DNA of 64,000 nucleotides from Patescibacteria group bacterium (GTDB lineage Bacteria; Patescibacteriota; Patescibacteriia; UBA1558; GWA2-36-10): NCBI GenBank assembly GCA_018819405.1, contig JAHJQF010000001.1, positions 665,676 to 729,675 on the forward strand. Reading direction: 5' to 3'. The translations under genes were made by a program, and so were the position numbers. Below are positions 17,576 through 27,017 of the stretch, one piece after another. The notes beneath the pieces were generated by a model that saw only the letters and a list, made by a program, of their open reading frames with translations, had not been told where the DNA came from and searched no databases. How positions within the stretch are numbered: the first letter of the stretch is position 1; every line of letters begins with the position of its first letter.

Positions 17576-17654
17576 GTTGGGACCTCCTATGTTCTGATTT
17601 GGCAAAACAAAAAAACGTCCCAACAATGAGACATTTTGTGTACGCCAAACCAGC

Positions 17655-17753
17655 GTCAATGCCGGTTGCGCTACTGACTCCCCATTGCCCTTGTCTCGAC
17701 ACTAAGTCGGACTAAGCGCCCAATTAATAGGCAACGGTTCTTCGTCTCATTGA
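17655..17753 (-). promoter_or_regulatory. c-di-GMP-II riboswitch (copy 2)
   Basis: Minus strand tcaatg...aattgggcgctt...gagtcagtagcgcaaccggcattga matches the c-di-GMP-II core (UUGGGCACUU...GAGYUAGUAGUGCAACCG). Pseudoknot GCGCT/AGCGC. Followed by a terminator hairpin and T-run. Confidence 0.8.
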
Positions 17754-17844
17754 TTTTATAGAATCCTTTCTGTTTTGAAAGAGCTTGATTTATCAAAAAA
17801 ACACCTTTTTGAGGCGTTCCGACAAATCAAGCATCTGTTGCTTT

Positions 17845-17965
17845 GTTAATGTCGGTTACGCTACTAGCTCCCGACTGCCCTTAGCCTCGGTTGGATTTAT
17901 TCCTTAGAATAATTTACCGGGCACAAGCGTCCAAATTACAGACAGTCATTCATTGCTCCATTGGT
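17845..17965 (-). promoter_or_regulatory. c-di-GMP-II riboswitch (copy 1)
   Basis: Minus strand aatggagcaatgaatgactgtct...atttggacgcttg...gggcagtcgggagctagtagcgtaaccgacatt. Pseudoknot ACGCT/AGCGT. Followed by hairpin gcttgatttgtc/gataaatcaagc. Confidence 0.8.
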
Positions 17966-17986
17966 ATTTTATTGTAAATTTATGAC

Positions 17987-18055
17987 ATAGTAGCACATAA
18001 TAAAATATTTGTCAAGAGTAGACAAATTGAAAAAAAGACCATTTTGTGGTATATT
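17987..18055. promoter_or_regulatory. Divergent sigma70 promoters
   Basis: Minus: TTGACA-17-TACTAT with TG (17987-18015). Plus: TTGAAA-17-TATATT with TG (18027-18055), ending 8 nt before ATG 18064. Confidence 0.65.
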
Positions 18056-18064
18056 TGAGCCATA

Positions 18065-18152
18065 TGAATCCCGTTAGAAATTTACAAACTTTTGATGGGA
18101 TAAAATATTTAAAGTGTTTTAATAATTTTACTTAAATTTCTAACGGGATGAA
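18065..18152 (+). mobile_element. CCCGTT-family palindromic insertion inside a start codon
   Basis: A-TGAA[tcccgttagaaattta...taaatttctaacggga]TGAA; 16-bp perfect inverted repeat. Confidence 0.85.
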
Positions 18153-19755
18153 AATATCACCAGAAATAATTTTGCTTTACAAAAAACTGGAGCAAATTTA
18201 TAAACATCAGGAGTCTCGGTCCAAAGAAGAAAACAAAATAGAGGTTGATGAAATTACCAGTCATTTTTCGGCTTTATATGAAAAGCTTAGAAATACCGTA
18301 GATTTTAAAGAAGTTCATCTTTTGCGCCGCTATGCTATAGAACGCAATCTTAAGAGGCGTTTTATTATGGAAGTTCTCAAGCCGCAAATCGCCCAAGGAC
18401 TGGTGGAGGATTTGGTTAGATCTGGATATCTGCCAAATAGGTCAATCCCTGAATATCAGATCAAAGAAGTTGAAAAAATTATCACCAAGTATAATGAATT
18501 GTTTTTATTAATGAACGATCTTTATCATGGTGATGAAATAAAAGAATACTTTGACTGGCTGATTGCGGTTGAGGCTTGTGAGATAGATATACTACTTCAT
18601 CCAGAGGATATTGCTGATGCAGTCATTGAGGCAATGTATCAGATTACCAAATCTAGGGTAAAGCTAAAAGGGGACGATCAGTTGAGTATCAAAGAAAAAA
18701 ATATTCAGCTTTATATTTCTATACATAAATCTTTGGTCAAGTCAGATGATATTATTATTTCTTATCATTTATTGAATTTGTATTATAGTGATTGGCAAAA
18801 TCCAGGTAGTCAGGCCATCAAAACTATGGCCACACATTTGCCGGAAATTTATAAGACCATTCAACATCATTTGAAGCATCCCTATCAAAGAAGTATTTTA
18901 AATTCCATCAAAGAACCAGTTGTGACTTTCAAGATTTTGCACGAGTTGATTATAGAGCAGGGCAAAGAAATATCCGAGCTATTGGTTGACCCTGATAGGC
19001 TAGAAGCTGAGGCCAAGCTTTTGATAAACAAAAAATACAAAAAAATCCGCAAAAGAATTTCCAACGCTTCCGTACGAGCTATTATTTATATTTTTATCAC
19101 CAAGGTAATGCTGGCTTTTATTTTGGAATTTCCGTATGAGATGTATATAATCAAACATCTTAATTATTTTAATCTTGGTATAAATGTTGTCTTTCCACCG
19201 CTCTTAATGTTTTTTGTAACTTTGACTATCAAACCTCCTAGTCAAAAAAATACCGACAGAATTTTGGAAAATATTCATAAAGTTGTATACAATGAGGCCG
19301 AGCAGTCAATCCTTTGTCAACTCAAGACCAAATACAACAAAAACATTGGCTACCAGATTTTTTATAATTTTATGTACACAGTTTTGTATATAGTTGTTTT
19401 TGGCGGTATCATCTATTGGCTCAAACGTATGGATTTTAATATACTTTCTGGGGCGATCTTTATTTTCTTTTTGACGGCAGTTAGTTTTTTTGCTATCAGA
19501 ATACGCTCCACAGCCAAAGAGCTGGTCATAGAAAAAAACAAAGAAGGGATATTTTCTTGGTTGATGAACTTTTTTGCTTTGCCAATTGTATCAGTCGGAC
19601 GATGGATGTCTACCAAATTTAAAAAAATTAACTTATTTGCCTTTATTATGGACTATATTATTGAGGCACCATTCAAGTTGTTTGTAGCTGCTTTTGAAGA
19701 TTGGTTGGGCTTTATGAGAGAAAAGAAAGAAGAGGTATTTCATGACAACAACTAA
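18148..19755 (+). CDS. Conserved hypothetical membrane protein
   Basis: 535-aa ORF; ALYEKLRNTVDFKEVHLLRRYAIERNLKRR N-terminal motif of a CPR-type protein; several C-terminal TM helices. Confidence 0.85.
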   Translation: MKISPEIILLYKKLEQIYKHQESRSKEENKIEVDEITSHFSALYEKLRNTVDFKEVHLLRRYAIERNLKRRFIMEVLKPQIAQGLVEDLVRSGYLPNRSIPEYQIKEVEKIITKYNELFLLMNDLYHGDEIKEYFDWLIAVEACEIDILLHPEDIADAVIEAMYQITKSRVKLKGDDQLSIKEKNIQLYISIHKSLVKSDDIIISYHLLNLYYSDWQNPGSQAIKTMATHLPEIYKTIQHHLKHPYQRSILNSIKEPVVTFKILHELIIEQGKEISELLVDPDRLEAEAKLLINKKYKKIRKRISNASVRAIIYIFITKVMLAFILEFPYEMYIIKHLNYFNLGINVVFPPLLMFFVTLTIKPPSQKNTDRILENIHKVVYNEAEQSILCQLKTKYNKNIGYQIFYNFMYTVLYIVVFGGIIYWLKRMDFNILSGAIFIFFLTAVSFFAIRIRSTAKELVIEKNKEGIFSWLMNFFALPIVSVGRWMSTKFKKINLFAFIMDYIIEAPFKLFVAAFEDWLGFMREKKEEVFHDNN

Positions 19756-20209
19756 AGATTTTTATATAATCTGCCACAATATTAGGAGTTTATATAATAT
19801 TGGGACTATGTTTAGGACAGCTGATGCCTTGGGGCTTAGTCAGCTGTTTTTGACAGGTTATAGTGGTCGTCCGCCCAGAAAAGAAATATCTAAGGTAGCC
19901 CTAGGTGCCGAAGAGTCTGTATCTTGGCAGTATTATAAAAATATTTCTTATTTAATAAAAAAATTAAAAAGCAGAGGAGTGTCTATCGTAGCTTTGGAGA
20001 CTGACAAAAGATCTATCAACTATCTAGATTTTAAACCAAAATTTCCTCTAGCTCTTATAGTAGGTAATGAAGTACGAGGGATATCAAAATCAACTCTCAA
20101 AAACGCTGATTACATAATAGAGCTACCAATGCATGGCATCAAAGAATCTCTCAATGTTGGTGTGGCTATGGCAGTGGCTGGTTATTATATTGGTCAGTTT
20201 AAAAACTAG
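19742..20209 (+). CDS. SpoU/TrmH family RNA methyltransferase
   Basis: HNIRSLYNIGTMFRTADALG, GNEVRGI, ESLNVGVA. Confidence 0.93.
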   Translation: MTTTKDFYIICHNIRSLYNIGTMFRTADALGLSQLFLTGYSGRPPRKEISKVALGAEESVSWQYYKNISYLIKKLKSRGVSIVALETDKRSINYLDFKPKFPLALIVGNEVRGISKSTLKNADYIIELPMHGIKESLNVGVAMAVAGYYIGQFKN

Positions 20210-20317
20210 TGGCATAGATTGTTTATTTTTGGTATAATAAATTTAAGTTTCAGGTTATAAAGCTTCTCTGGCTTTAGATTTTGGACTTTAAATGGGCTTA
20301 ACTTTTAACTAAAACTT

Positions 20318-20545
20318 ATGTCACTGCATAAAGTTGTTGAGTTAATATTTACATTGGTAATACTTTTATTTTTGGCTATTATAGTGCTGGGCGTATTAGT
20401 AGGTATTACTATAGTCCAACAATTATCTTATTTTGATGTGGGAGTTACCGGACAATTTATTTTTGTCGGTGGAATGTTTGCAATTTTTATGTATATCATG
20501 AAGATGATTGTTGATCGCATCAAAGATTATAATCGCTATATCTAA
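20318..20545 (+). CDS. Small 2-TM membrane protein
   Basis: 75-aa hydrophobic ORF filling the gap between two genes. Confidence 0.65.
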   Translation: MSLHKVVELIFTLVILLFLAIIVLGVLVGITIVQQLSYFDVGVTGQFIFVGGMFAIFMYIMKMIVDRIKDYNRYI

Positions 20546-20587
20546 TTAAGTTTAACTTCAACTTGAGATCAGTTGAAAGTTCAAAAT

Positions 20588-21577
20588 ATGATAAAAAATA
20601 AAGTTACTACCATTGGCGGAGCAACTCGCGATATAATGTTTTATACTGATGATATGCTTATTTTGGATAATAAAGCCGATTTGCTTCGTCAAAAGCTGAT
20701 TGCTTTTGAATACGGCGCCAAGATTTATAGTAAAGATGTTTACTTGACTTTTGGTGGCGGGGGTATGAATACGGCAGTCAATTTTGCTAATTTGGGCATC
20801 AGCACTCAGACGGTTTTGTCTTTGGGTAGTGATTTGGTGGGACTTGAAATAATCAAATATCTGAAGGATAAAAAAATCTCTACCAAATTTGTCCAAACTC
20901 AAAAAAATATTCATACCGGCACCTCATTTATTGTCAATGTTGGCCACTTCAATGAACATGTTATCTTTGCCTACCGTGGTGCCAATGAAAAAATGGATTT
21001 ATCCAAAGCAGTTATTAAAAAGATAAATACAGACTGGGTTTATTTGACTTCACTTTCTGGTAATTTTAAAGCGGGTTTGGATAATATTTTTGATCAGGCG
21101 CTAAAGAAAAATATAAAAATAGCCTGGAATCCTGGGTCAAATCAGCTCAAAATGGGCCTAAAAAAACTGGCTAGATATATGAAACATACCACTATTTTTG
21201 ATGTCAATCGTGATGAAGCTTTGGAATTAGTAATTAGTATCAAAGGCAAAAACATTAAAAATAATATTAATCAGCTTTTAAAATTTTTGCATAGTTATGG
21301 TCAAAAAATAACAGTCATTACCGATGGACACAAAGGCGCTTATGTTTATGACGGCGAAAAGACATATTTTCGGGCAGCTTCTAAAAAACGTGGTATCAAT
21401 ACTACCGGAGCTGGTGATTCTTTTGGTTCCAGTTTTGTAGCCGGTCTTATCAGATACAAAGGTAATGTAGAAAAATCTCTCAAGCTGGCCATTATAAACA
21501 GTAATGCAGTAATTATGAAAATTGGTGCTCAAGAGGGTTTGCTGACAGTCAGGGATTTAAAAAAATATAATTTATAA
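20588..21577 (+). CDS. PfkB family carbohydrate kinase
   Basis: GGGGMNTAV, WNPG, NRDEA, NTTGAGDSFGS. Confidence 0.93.
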   Translation: MIKNKVTTIGGATRDIMFYTDDMLILDNKADLLRQKLIAFEYGAKIYSKDVYLTFGGGGMNTAVNFANLGISTQTVLSLGSDLVGLEIIKYLKDKKISTKFVQTQKNIHTGTSFIVNVGHFNEHVIFAYRGANEKMDLSKAVIKKINTDWVYLTSLSGNFKAGLDNIFDQALKKNIKIAWNPGSNQLKMGLKKLARYMKHTTIFDVNRDEALELVISIKGKNIKNNINQLLKFLHSYGQKITVITDGHKGAYVYDGEKTYFRAASKKRGINTTGAGDSFGSSFVAGLIRYKGNVEKSLKLAIINSNAVIMKIGAQEGLLTVRDLKKYNL

Positions 21578-21579
21578 AT

Positions 21580-22146
21580 ATGAAAAAAGTAATTGCTGAA
21601 ATTTCCGCTAGACATATTCATATTTCCAGAGCCCATTTGGACAAGCTTTTTGGTAAAGGCTACCAATTAAAATCAATCAAAGAATTGTCACAGCCTGGTG
21701 AATTTGGGGCCGAAGAAAGAGTAGAGGTAATTGGTCCAAAAAATAGTATAATGATGCGTATAGTTGGTCCGATAAGAGATAAGACTCAGATTGAGCTGGC
21801 CGCTACTGATGCCAGAACTCTAGGAATTAGACCTGAATTTAGAGTATCTGGTGATCTCAAAGGCACGCCAGGTGGTGTGACACTCAAAGGGCCAAAAGGC
21901 TCAGTCAAATTGCTAACTGGCGTGATAGTGCCACTTAGACATCTGCATATATCAACTGAAGAAGCCAAAAAATGGCAATTAAAAACCGGCCAAAAAGTAA
22001 AAGCCAAAGTAGGTGGTCCCCGCGGATTGATACTGGAAAATATCGTAGTCCGAGTTGGCAACTTTAGTACTAGTATTCATCTGGATACCGACGAAGGCAA
22101 CGCCGCCGGATTACTGAGTTGTAGCAAAATAGACTTGATTTTATGA
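21580..22146 (+). CDS. pduL: Phosphate propanoyl/acetyltransferase PduL
   Basis: SARHIHIS, LSQPGEF, RHLHIS, HLDTDEGNAA. Confidence 0.93.
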   Translation: MKKVIAEISARHIHISRAHLDKLFGKGYQLKSIKELSQPGEFGAEERVEVIGPKNSIMMRIVGPIRDKTQIELAATDARTLGIRPEFRVSGDLKGTPGGVTLKGPKGSVKLLTGVIVPLRHLHISTEEAKKWQLKTGQKVKAKVGGPRGLILENIVVRVGNFSTSIHLDTDEGNAAGLLSCSKIDLIL

Positions 22147-22223
22147 ACCCAGTTAGAAATTCACAAAATTATATTTTACTAATGGGGAAAAATTATTTAA
22201 TAATTAATTTCTAACGGGGTGAA
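22144..22223 (+). mobile_element. CCCGTT-family palindromic insertion inside the ATGA stop-start overlap
   Basis: A-TGAA[cccagttagaaatt...aatttctaacgggg]TGAA; arms match at 13/14 positions. Confidence 0.85.
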
Positions 22224-23367
22224 ACATTTACTCGTCTTAAACAATGGAAGTAGTAGTTTGAAATTTGCGGTTTTTGAAACTGTCGGTCAGAAGCTTGGTA
22301 AAGAAATATTATCAGGAGCTGTCTCTCTTAGCGGCGACAAGAGTGTTTTGTCATATCGTTTAAAAAGAAAAAAATATAAAATAAATTATCAAAGCGGATA
22401 CAATATTAAGCTTTGGTGGGAGTATATTTATGACTTACTTGGTCAGTTTGATATACAATATGTTGGTTTTCGGATGGTCCATGGTGGTGAAGAATTTACC
22501 AGCACTACAAAAGTAGATAGTTTATTTTTGAACAAAATAAAAAAATATAATAAATTAGCGCCACTTCACAATCCAGTTACTTTACTTCTTATCAGATTGG
22601 TCAAAACTAGCTTACCTAGAGTCAAAATGTCAGTTTCCTTTGATACTTCTTGGTACAAAAATCTTGAGCCAGAAGCTTATCTGTATTCAATCCCCTTAAA
22701 ATATTATACTGAACACAAAATCAGAAAATATGGTTTTCACGGTTTGAGTCACGAAGCGGCCACCAGTTATGCCGGACTGCTTTTACACAAAAAACCTGAT
22801 AAACTACGACTGATTACTTGTCATCTGGGCTCAGGCAGTAGTATTACTTGGTATATGGATGGCTTGGTCAAGGACACTACTATGGGCTTTTCACCCAATG
22901 AAGGACTGACTATGGCTACCAGAAGTGGTGATATACCAGCCAACATTGTATTTTATTTGGCCAAGTCTGCCAAAATGACTTTGATAGAAATAAATAAATT
23001 ATTAAATAAAAAATCAGGGCTATTAGGTTTATCTGGTATGGCCGATCTCAGAGAGGTTTTGTTGGCCAGTGGTTACAAGGTAGAAGGCTACAAATCAAAG
23101 AAAAAATTTAGTCCCCTTCAAAAAAAATCCGCCCGCTTAGCTTTACATATTTATATATATGATATTAAAAGATATTTGGCCTCATATCTTGGTATGAGTA
23201 AAAATCTAGACGCTATTGTTTTTACTGGGGCAGTCGGAGCCAATCCTCAGATTAGAAAAATGGTTTTAGCGGGTTTGAACATAGATAAAAAAACAAAAGT
23301 TTTATTTGCTCCAGAAGGAGAAATAGAAAATATCGCTAAAAAAACAATCTTATGTTTGATAAAATAA
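22219..23367 (+). CDS. ackA: Acetate/propionate kinase
   Basis: LVLNNGSSSLK, RMVHGG, LAPLHNP, YGFHGLSH, HLGSGSS, MATRSGD. Confidence 0.92.
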   Translation: MKHLLVLNNGSSSLKFAVFETVGQKLGKEILSGAVSLSGDKSVLSYRLKRKKYKINYQSGYNIKLWWEYIYDLLGQFDIQYVGFRMVHGGEEFTSTTKVDSLFLNKIKKYNKLAPLHNPVTLLLIRLVKTSLPRVKMSVSFDTSWYKNLEPEAYLYSIPLKYYTEHKIRKYGFHGLSHEAATSYAGLLLHKKPDKLRLITCHLGSGSSITWYMDGLVKDTTMGFSPNEGLTMATRSGDIPANIVFYLAKSAKMTLIEINKLLNKKSGLLGLSGMADLREVLLASGYKVEGYKSKKKFSPLQKKSARLALHIYIYDIKRYLASYLGMSKNLDAIVFTGAVGANPQIRKMVLAGLNIDKKTKVLFAPEGEIENIAKKTILCLIK

Positions 23368-23732
23368 AATTAATTGCTCAGGCCGATGATCAGATTTTAA
23401 AAAATCTTAATCAGACAGAGCAGGAATTAATAGACTTAAATAATGAAGTAAATATTATGTTGTCCGATTATGACAAAAATTCCCATAGTTTTTCCTCATT
23501 TTTTGATTTTTCTAATCCATTTTTTCTGGTGACTCTGATAGGTTTGACGCTTCTAGCTATTGGCTTGTGGTTTTTGTATCTGGAATTAAAAAATTCTCCT
23601 GGCAAAGCAAAGACAAGGCCACAAACTGAACCGTCAAAGCCAAGCCAGCCTAGTCCTAAAGAAGAAAAGAAAGACATACCACCAGTTAAAAAGAAAAAAT
23701 CAGTCAAAATAAAAGTTGTCAAAGTAAAATAG
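23352..23732 (+). CDS. Hypothetical single-TM protein
   Basis: 126 aa, one TM helix, Lys/Pro-rich tail. Confidence 0.65.
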   Translation: MFDKIKLIAQADDQILKNLNQTEQELIDLNNEVNIMLSDYDKNSHSFSSFFDFSNPFFLVTLIGLTLLAIGLWFLYLELKNSPGKAKTRPQTEPSKPSQPSPKEEKKDIPPVKKKKSVKIKVVKVK

Positions 23733-23794
23733 TTTTGTTAAAATGACTCGTGTTTAAACCCCCAATTATAAAGGGGGTTTAAGTATCTAAAATT

Positions 23795-25495
23795 ATGTCA
23801 TATACTTGGAAATTACCTGAAAAAAATAATATAGACTTTAGCAAAAATTTTCCTGAGCTGGATCAAACTGTTGCTCAGTTGCTTTTTAATCGTGGTCTGA
23901 CTAGCCAGGCTCAGGTTGATGAGTTTTTACAGCCTGACTATAGTCAGGATATACATGATCCATATTTATTTAAAGATATGGAAAAAGCCTGTAACAGGGT
24001 TTATCAGGCAGTAGACAAAAATGAATTAATTACTATCTACGGAGATTATGATGCCGACGGAGTATGTTCGTCAGTTATTTTAAAAACAGCCTTAGAAATC
24101 ATTGGCGCCAAAGTAGAGGTATATTTACCCCATCGAGAAAAAGAAGGTTATGGGCTCAATGCTAGAGCAATAGAAGAGCTCGCGGAAAATAATACTAAAC
24201 TTATTATTACTTGTGATTGTGGCATTAGTAATGCTTTGGAGGTTGATATAGCCAACAAAAAAGCTATGGACGTTATAGTGACGGATCATCATGCCATACC
24301 GGAAAATTTGCCAAAAGCCAAAGCGATTATTCATCCTCAGGTAGAAGGTGAAAAATATCCCTTCAAATTTTTGGCTGGCGGGGGAGTGGCTTTTAAATTT
24401 TCTCAGGCACTTATTATCAATTTAAAAAACAAGCAGTCCGACAATGAAAAAGAACTACATGAAAAATGGTTGCTTGATTTAGTAGCTGTTTCCACTGTAG
24501 CCGATATGGTACCTCTGTTGGGAGAAAATAGGACTTTACTTAAATATGGTCTAAAAGTCTTGAAAAAAAATAGGCGCCTAGGTATGAAAAAGCTGATAGA
24601 AGTAGCTAATCTTGATGTTGAAAAATTAGATGCCAGAACTATTGCATTTTCTATTGCCCCACGTATCAATGCTGCTGGACGAATGGATCATGCCAATTTG
24701 GCCTATTATCTGATGATAGAAAAAGATCAAGACAATGCCACGCAGCTAGCTCGTGATCTTAATAGCTCAAATATTGAAAGACAAAAACTCACCGAACAGA
24801 TTATAAAATCAGCTAGAACCAAAGAAATTAATGAAGATGATTATCTTTATACATTTTTTGATAAAGATTGGTCAGTTGGTCTGACTGGTTTAGTAGCCGG
24901 CCGCCTGGTCAGAGAGTTTGCCAAACCAGCGATAGTCATGACGGAAGTAGACGGCAAGATAATCGGTTCTGGTCGAAGCGTCAAAGGATTTAATATTTCC
25001 AAAGCCTTAAAAGAACTAGAATCATTCTTGGAAAGATATGGTGGTCACCCGCAGGCGGCCGGATTTGCTATGGATAAAAAAAATCTGGACGAATTTTGTA
25101 AAGGTTTGAAAAAAATAGCTGCCCGTGATCTGGCCGGCCAAGATCTAAAACCCGAATTAGAAATAGAACTAGTGATAGATTTTGAAGATATAAATTGGTC
25201 TATAGTGGATATGTTGGACAAATTTGATCCCTATGGACAGGCCAATCCTGAACCGGTTTTTATGTCAAAAGAGGTCAAAGTAACTGGTGTTAGAAAAGTT
25301 GGCAACGATAATCGTCATCTCAAATTGGAACTAGCCAAAGGAAATAAAACCAAGGGGGCAATTGCTTTTGGTCTTGGCGATAGGGAGATTGAAATTGGTG
25401 ATATGGTTGATATAGTATATAATTTAAATATCAATCAATGGAATGGCAATCGAGAAATTCAATTAAATATTTTAGATATTCATCCCGTGAAATAA
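23795..25495 (+). CDS. recJ: ssDNA exonuclease RecJ
   Basis: YGDYDADG, TCDCG, TDHH, PRINAAGR, GSGRS, YGGHPQAAG. Confidence 0.97.
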   Translation: MSYTWKLPEKNNIDFSKNFPELDQTVAQLLFNRGLTSQAQVDEFLQPDYSQDIHDPYLFKDMEKACNRVYQAVDKNELITIYGDYDADGVCSSVILKTALEIIGAKVEVYLPHREKEGYGLNARAIEELAENNTKLIITCDCGISNALEVDIANKKAMDVIVTDHHAIPENLPKAKAIIHPQVEGEKYPFKFLAGGGVAFKFSQALIINLKNKQSDNEKELHEKWLLDLVAVSTVADMVPLLGENRTLLKYGLKVLKKNRRLGMKKLIEVANLDVEKLDARTIAFSIAPRINAAGRMDHANLAYYLMIEKDQDNATQLARDLNSSNIERQKLTEQIIKSARTKEINEDDYLYTFFDKDWSVGLTGLVAGRLVREFAKPAIVMTEVDGKIIGSGRSVKGFNISKALKELESFLERYGGHPQAAGFAMDKKNLDEFCKGLKKIAARDLAGQDLKPELEIELVIDFEDINWSIVDMLDKFDPYGQANPEPVFMSKEVKVTGVRKVGNDNRHLKLELAKGNKTKGAIAFGLGDREIEIGDMVDIVYNLNINQWNGNREIQLNILDIHPVK

Positions 25496-25525
25496 ATTTA
25501 AATATATTATATTTGTGAAAAAAAC

Positions 25526-25933
25526 ATGACTTATAGATTATTTACAGACGGCGGAGCACGTGGCAATCCAGGGCCAGCTGCTATTGGCGGGATTTTGTAT
25601 CAGGATAAACAAGAAATTTCTTCTTTTTCCGAATATATTGGTGAGACTACCAATAATCAAGCCGAATATAAAGCGCTTATCAAAGGGCTGGAAACAGCTT
25701 TGGCAAAGGATGTGTTTGAGTTGTCTTGTTTTTTGGATAGTGAATTGGTAGTCAAGCAGCTGAATAAAGAATATAAAGTAAAGGATAAAGAACTGGCTAA
25801 AATTTTTGTCCAAGCTTGGAATCTAACATTAAAATTCAAAAAAATTACTTTTTCTCATGTCAGGCGAGAATTAAACAAAGAAGCTGATAAATTGGTCAAT
25901 CAAGCGTTGGACAATAAGATGAGAACTGCCTAA
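25526..25933 (+). CDS. rnhA: Ribonuclease HI
   Basis: TDGGARGNPGPA, TNNQAEY, DSELVVKQ, NKEADKLVN; terminator at 25924-25946. Confidence 0.95.
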   Translation: MTYRLFTDGGARGNPGPAAIGGILYQDKQEISSFSEYIGETTNNQAEYKALIKGLETALAKDVFELSCFLDSELVVKQLNKEYKVKDKELAKIFVQAWNLTLKFKKITFSHVRRELNKEADKLVNQALDNKMRTA

Positions 25934-25998
25934 GTAGGCGGTTTTTATTTAGATATCAACAGTTGATTTTTAATAGCAAAAATGGTATTTTATATGTA

Positions 25999-27000
25999 AT
26001 GCCATATGAATTCAAATGGCCTATTTATGGTCATAAAAATCAGCTAAAATTTCTTCAACAGGCAATTTTGCAAGACAAATTGCCTAATACTTATCTTTTT
26101 TATGGTCCAGCCGGCTTGGGCAAAAAAATGGTAGTAGATTATTTTGTCAAAAGTTATTATTGTTTGGATACCAAAGCCAAGCCTTGTGACAAGTGCGATC
26201 ATTGTCGGATGATAAATAAAGGCACTTTTTTAAATGTATACAAACTGGGAGACAGAGAAGATTTGTCTATAGAAAATATACGTGAATTTTTGTACAAGCT
26301 GTCTCTTTCCAATTTTGAGGGTAATCACAAGATTGCTATTATCTATGGCACCGAAACAATCAATTTATTTGGAGCCAATGCTCTTTTAAAGACTTTGGAA
26401 GAACCACCAACCAATACTACTATCATTATGATAGCTGATTCAATAGTAGATTTGCCGGCCACAGTAATATCTCGTGCCCAATTGCTAAAGTTTCAATCTT
26501 TATCTAGGGTTGATATGCAAGAGTGGTTGGCAAGCTATGATTATAGTCGTGAAGAAAAAGATACTATTATCAATTTATCTTTTGGTAAACCGGGCGTAGC
26601 GCTGCGTCTAATGGGAGACAATTTAGCTAGTTTTAAGAAAAATTGTAATTTTATAATCAAACTATTATCAGCTGATACTTTTAGTTATATGCAAGCTATA
26701 GACAGATGGTTTGAAATTTTAAAAAAAGAATATCCGGGGTACAAGGTCTATGAACTGGGCAAATTAACTTCTCAATATTTAGATTTGTTGGAGATATTTT
26801 TGCGCGATATTTTATGGATCAAGATTGACAAGTCTATTGCCAATGAAATTTATCGTACAGATTTGGAAAAAATTGCCAAAAATTTTGATTTGAAAAAATT
26901 ATTAAATAATCTCTTATCATTAAACAGTGTTAAGCAGAAAATAAAACATAATGTGTCTCCTCAGCTTTTGTGGGAAAATTTATTTTTAAGTATCAAATAA
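25999..27000 (+). CDS. holB: DNA polymerase III delta' subunit
   Basis: YLFYGPAGLGK, CDKCDHC zinc motif, ANALLKTLEEPP, TVISRAQ. Confidence 0.92.
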   Translation: MPYEFKWPIYGHKNQLKFLQQAILQDKLPNTYLFYGPAGLGKKMVVDYFVKSYYCLDTKAKPCDKCDHCRMINKGTFLNVYKLGDREDLSIENIREFLYKLSLSNFEGNHKIAIIYGTETINLFGANALLKTLEEPPTNTTIIMIADSIVDLPATVISRAQLLKFQSLSRVDMQEWLASYDYSREEKDTIINLSFGKPGVALRLMGDNLASFKKNCNFIIKLLSADTFSYMQAIDRWFEILKKEYPGYKVYELGKLTSQYLDLLEIFLRDILWIKIDKSIANEIYRTDLEKIAKNFDLKKLLNNLLSLNSVKQKIKHNVSPQLLWENLFLSIK

Positions 27001-27017
27001 TAAAATAATTTATTTTT

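Noticed and set aside
17111-17702. ORFs 17111-17629 (+) and 17490-17702 (-), and the TTG-extended start at 17659
   Set aside because: Shadow frames of the GC-rich receiver gene; the extension runs through the riboswitch and terminator, while ATG 17575 has a strong SD.
25481-25525. recJ end catcccgtgaaataa (HPVK*) as a CCCGTT-family left arm
   Set aside because: It resembles the rplI end, but there is no right arm or direct repeat to support it.
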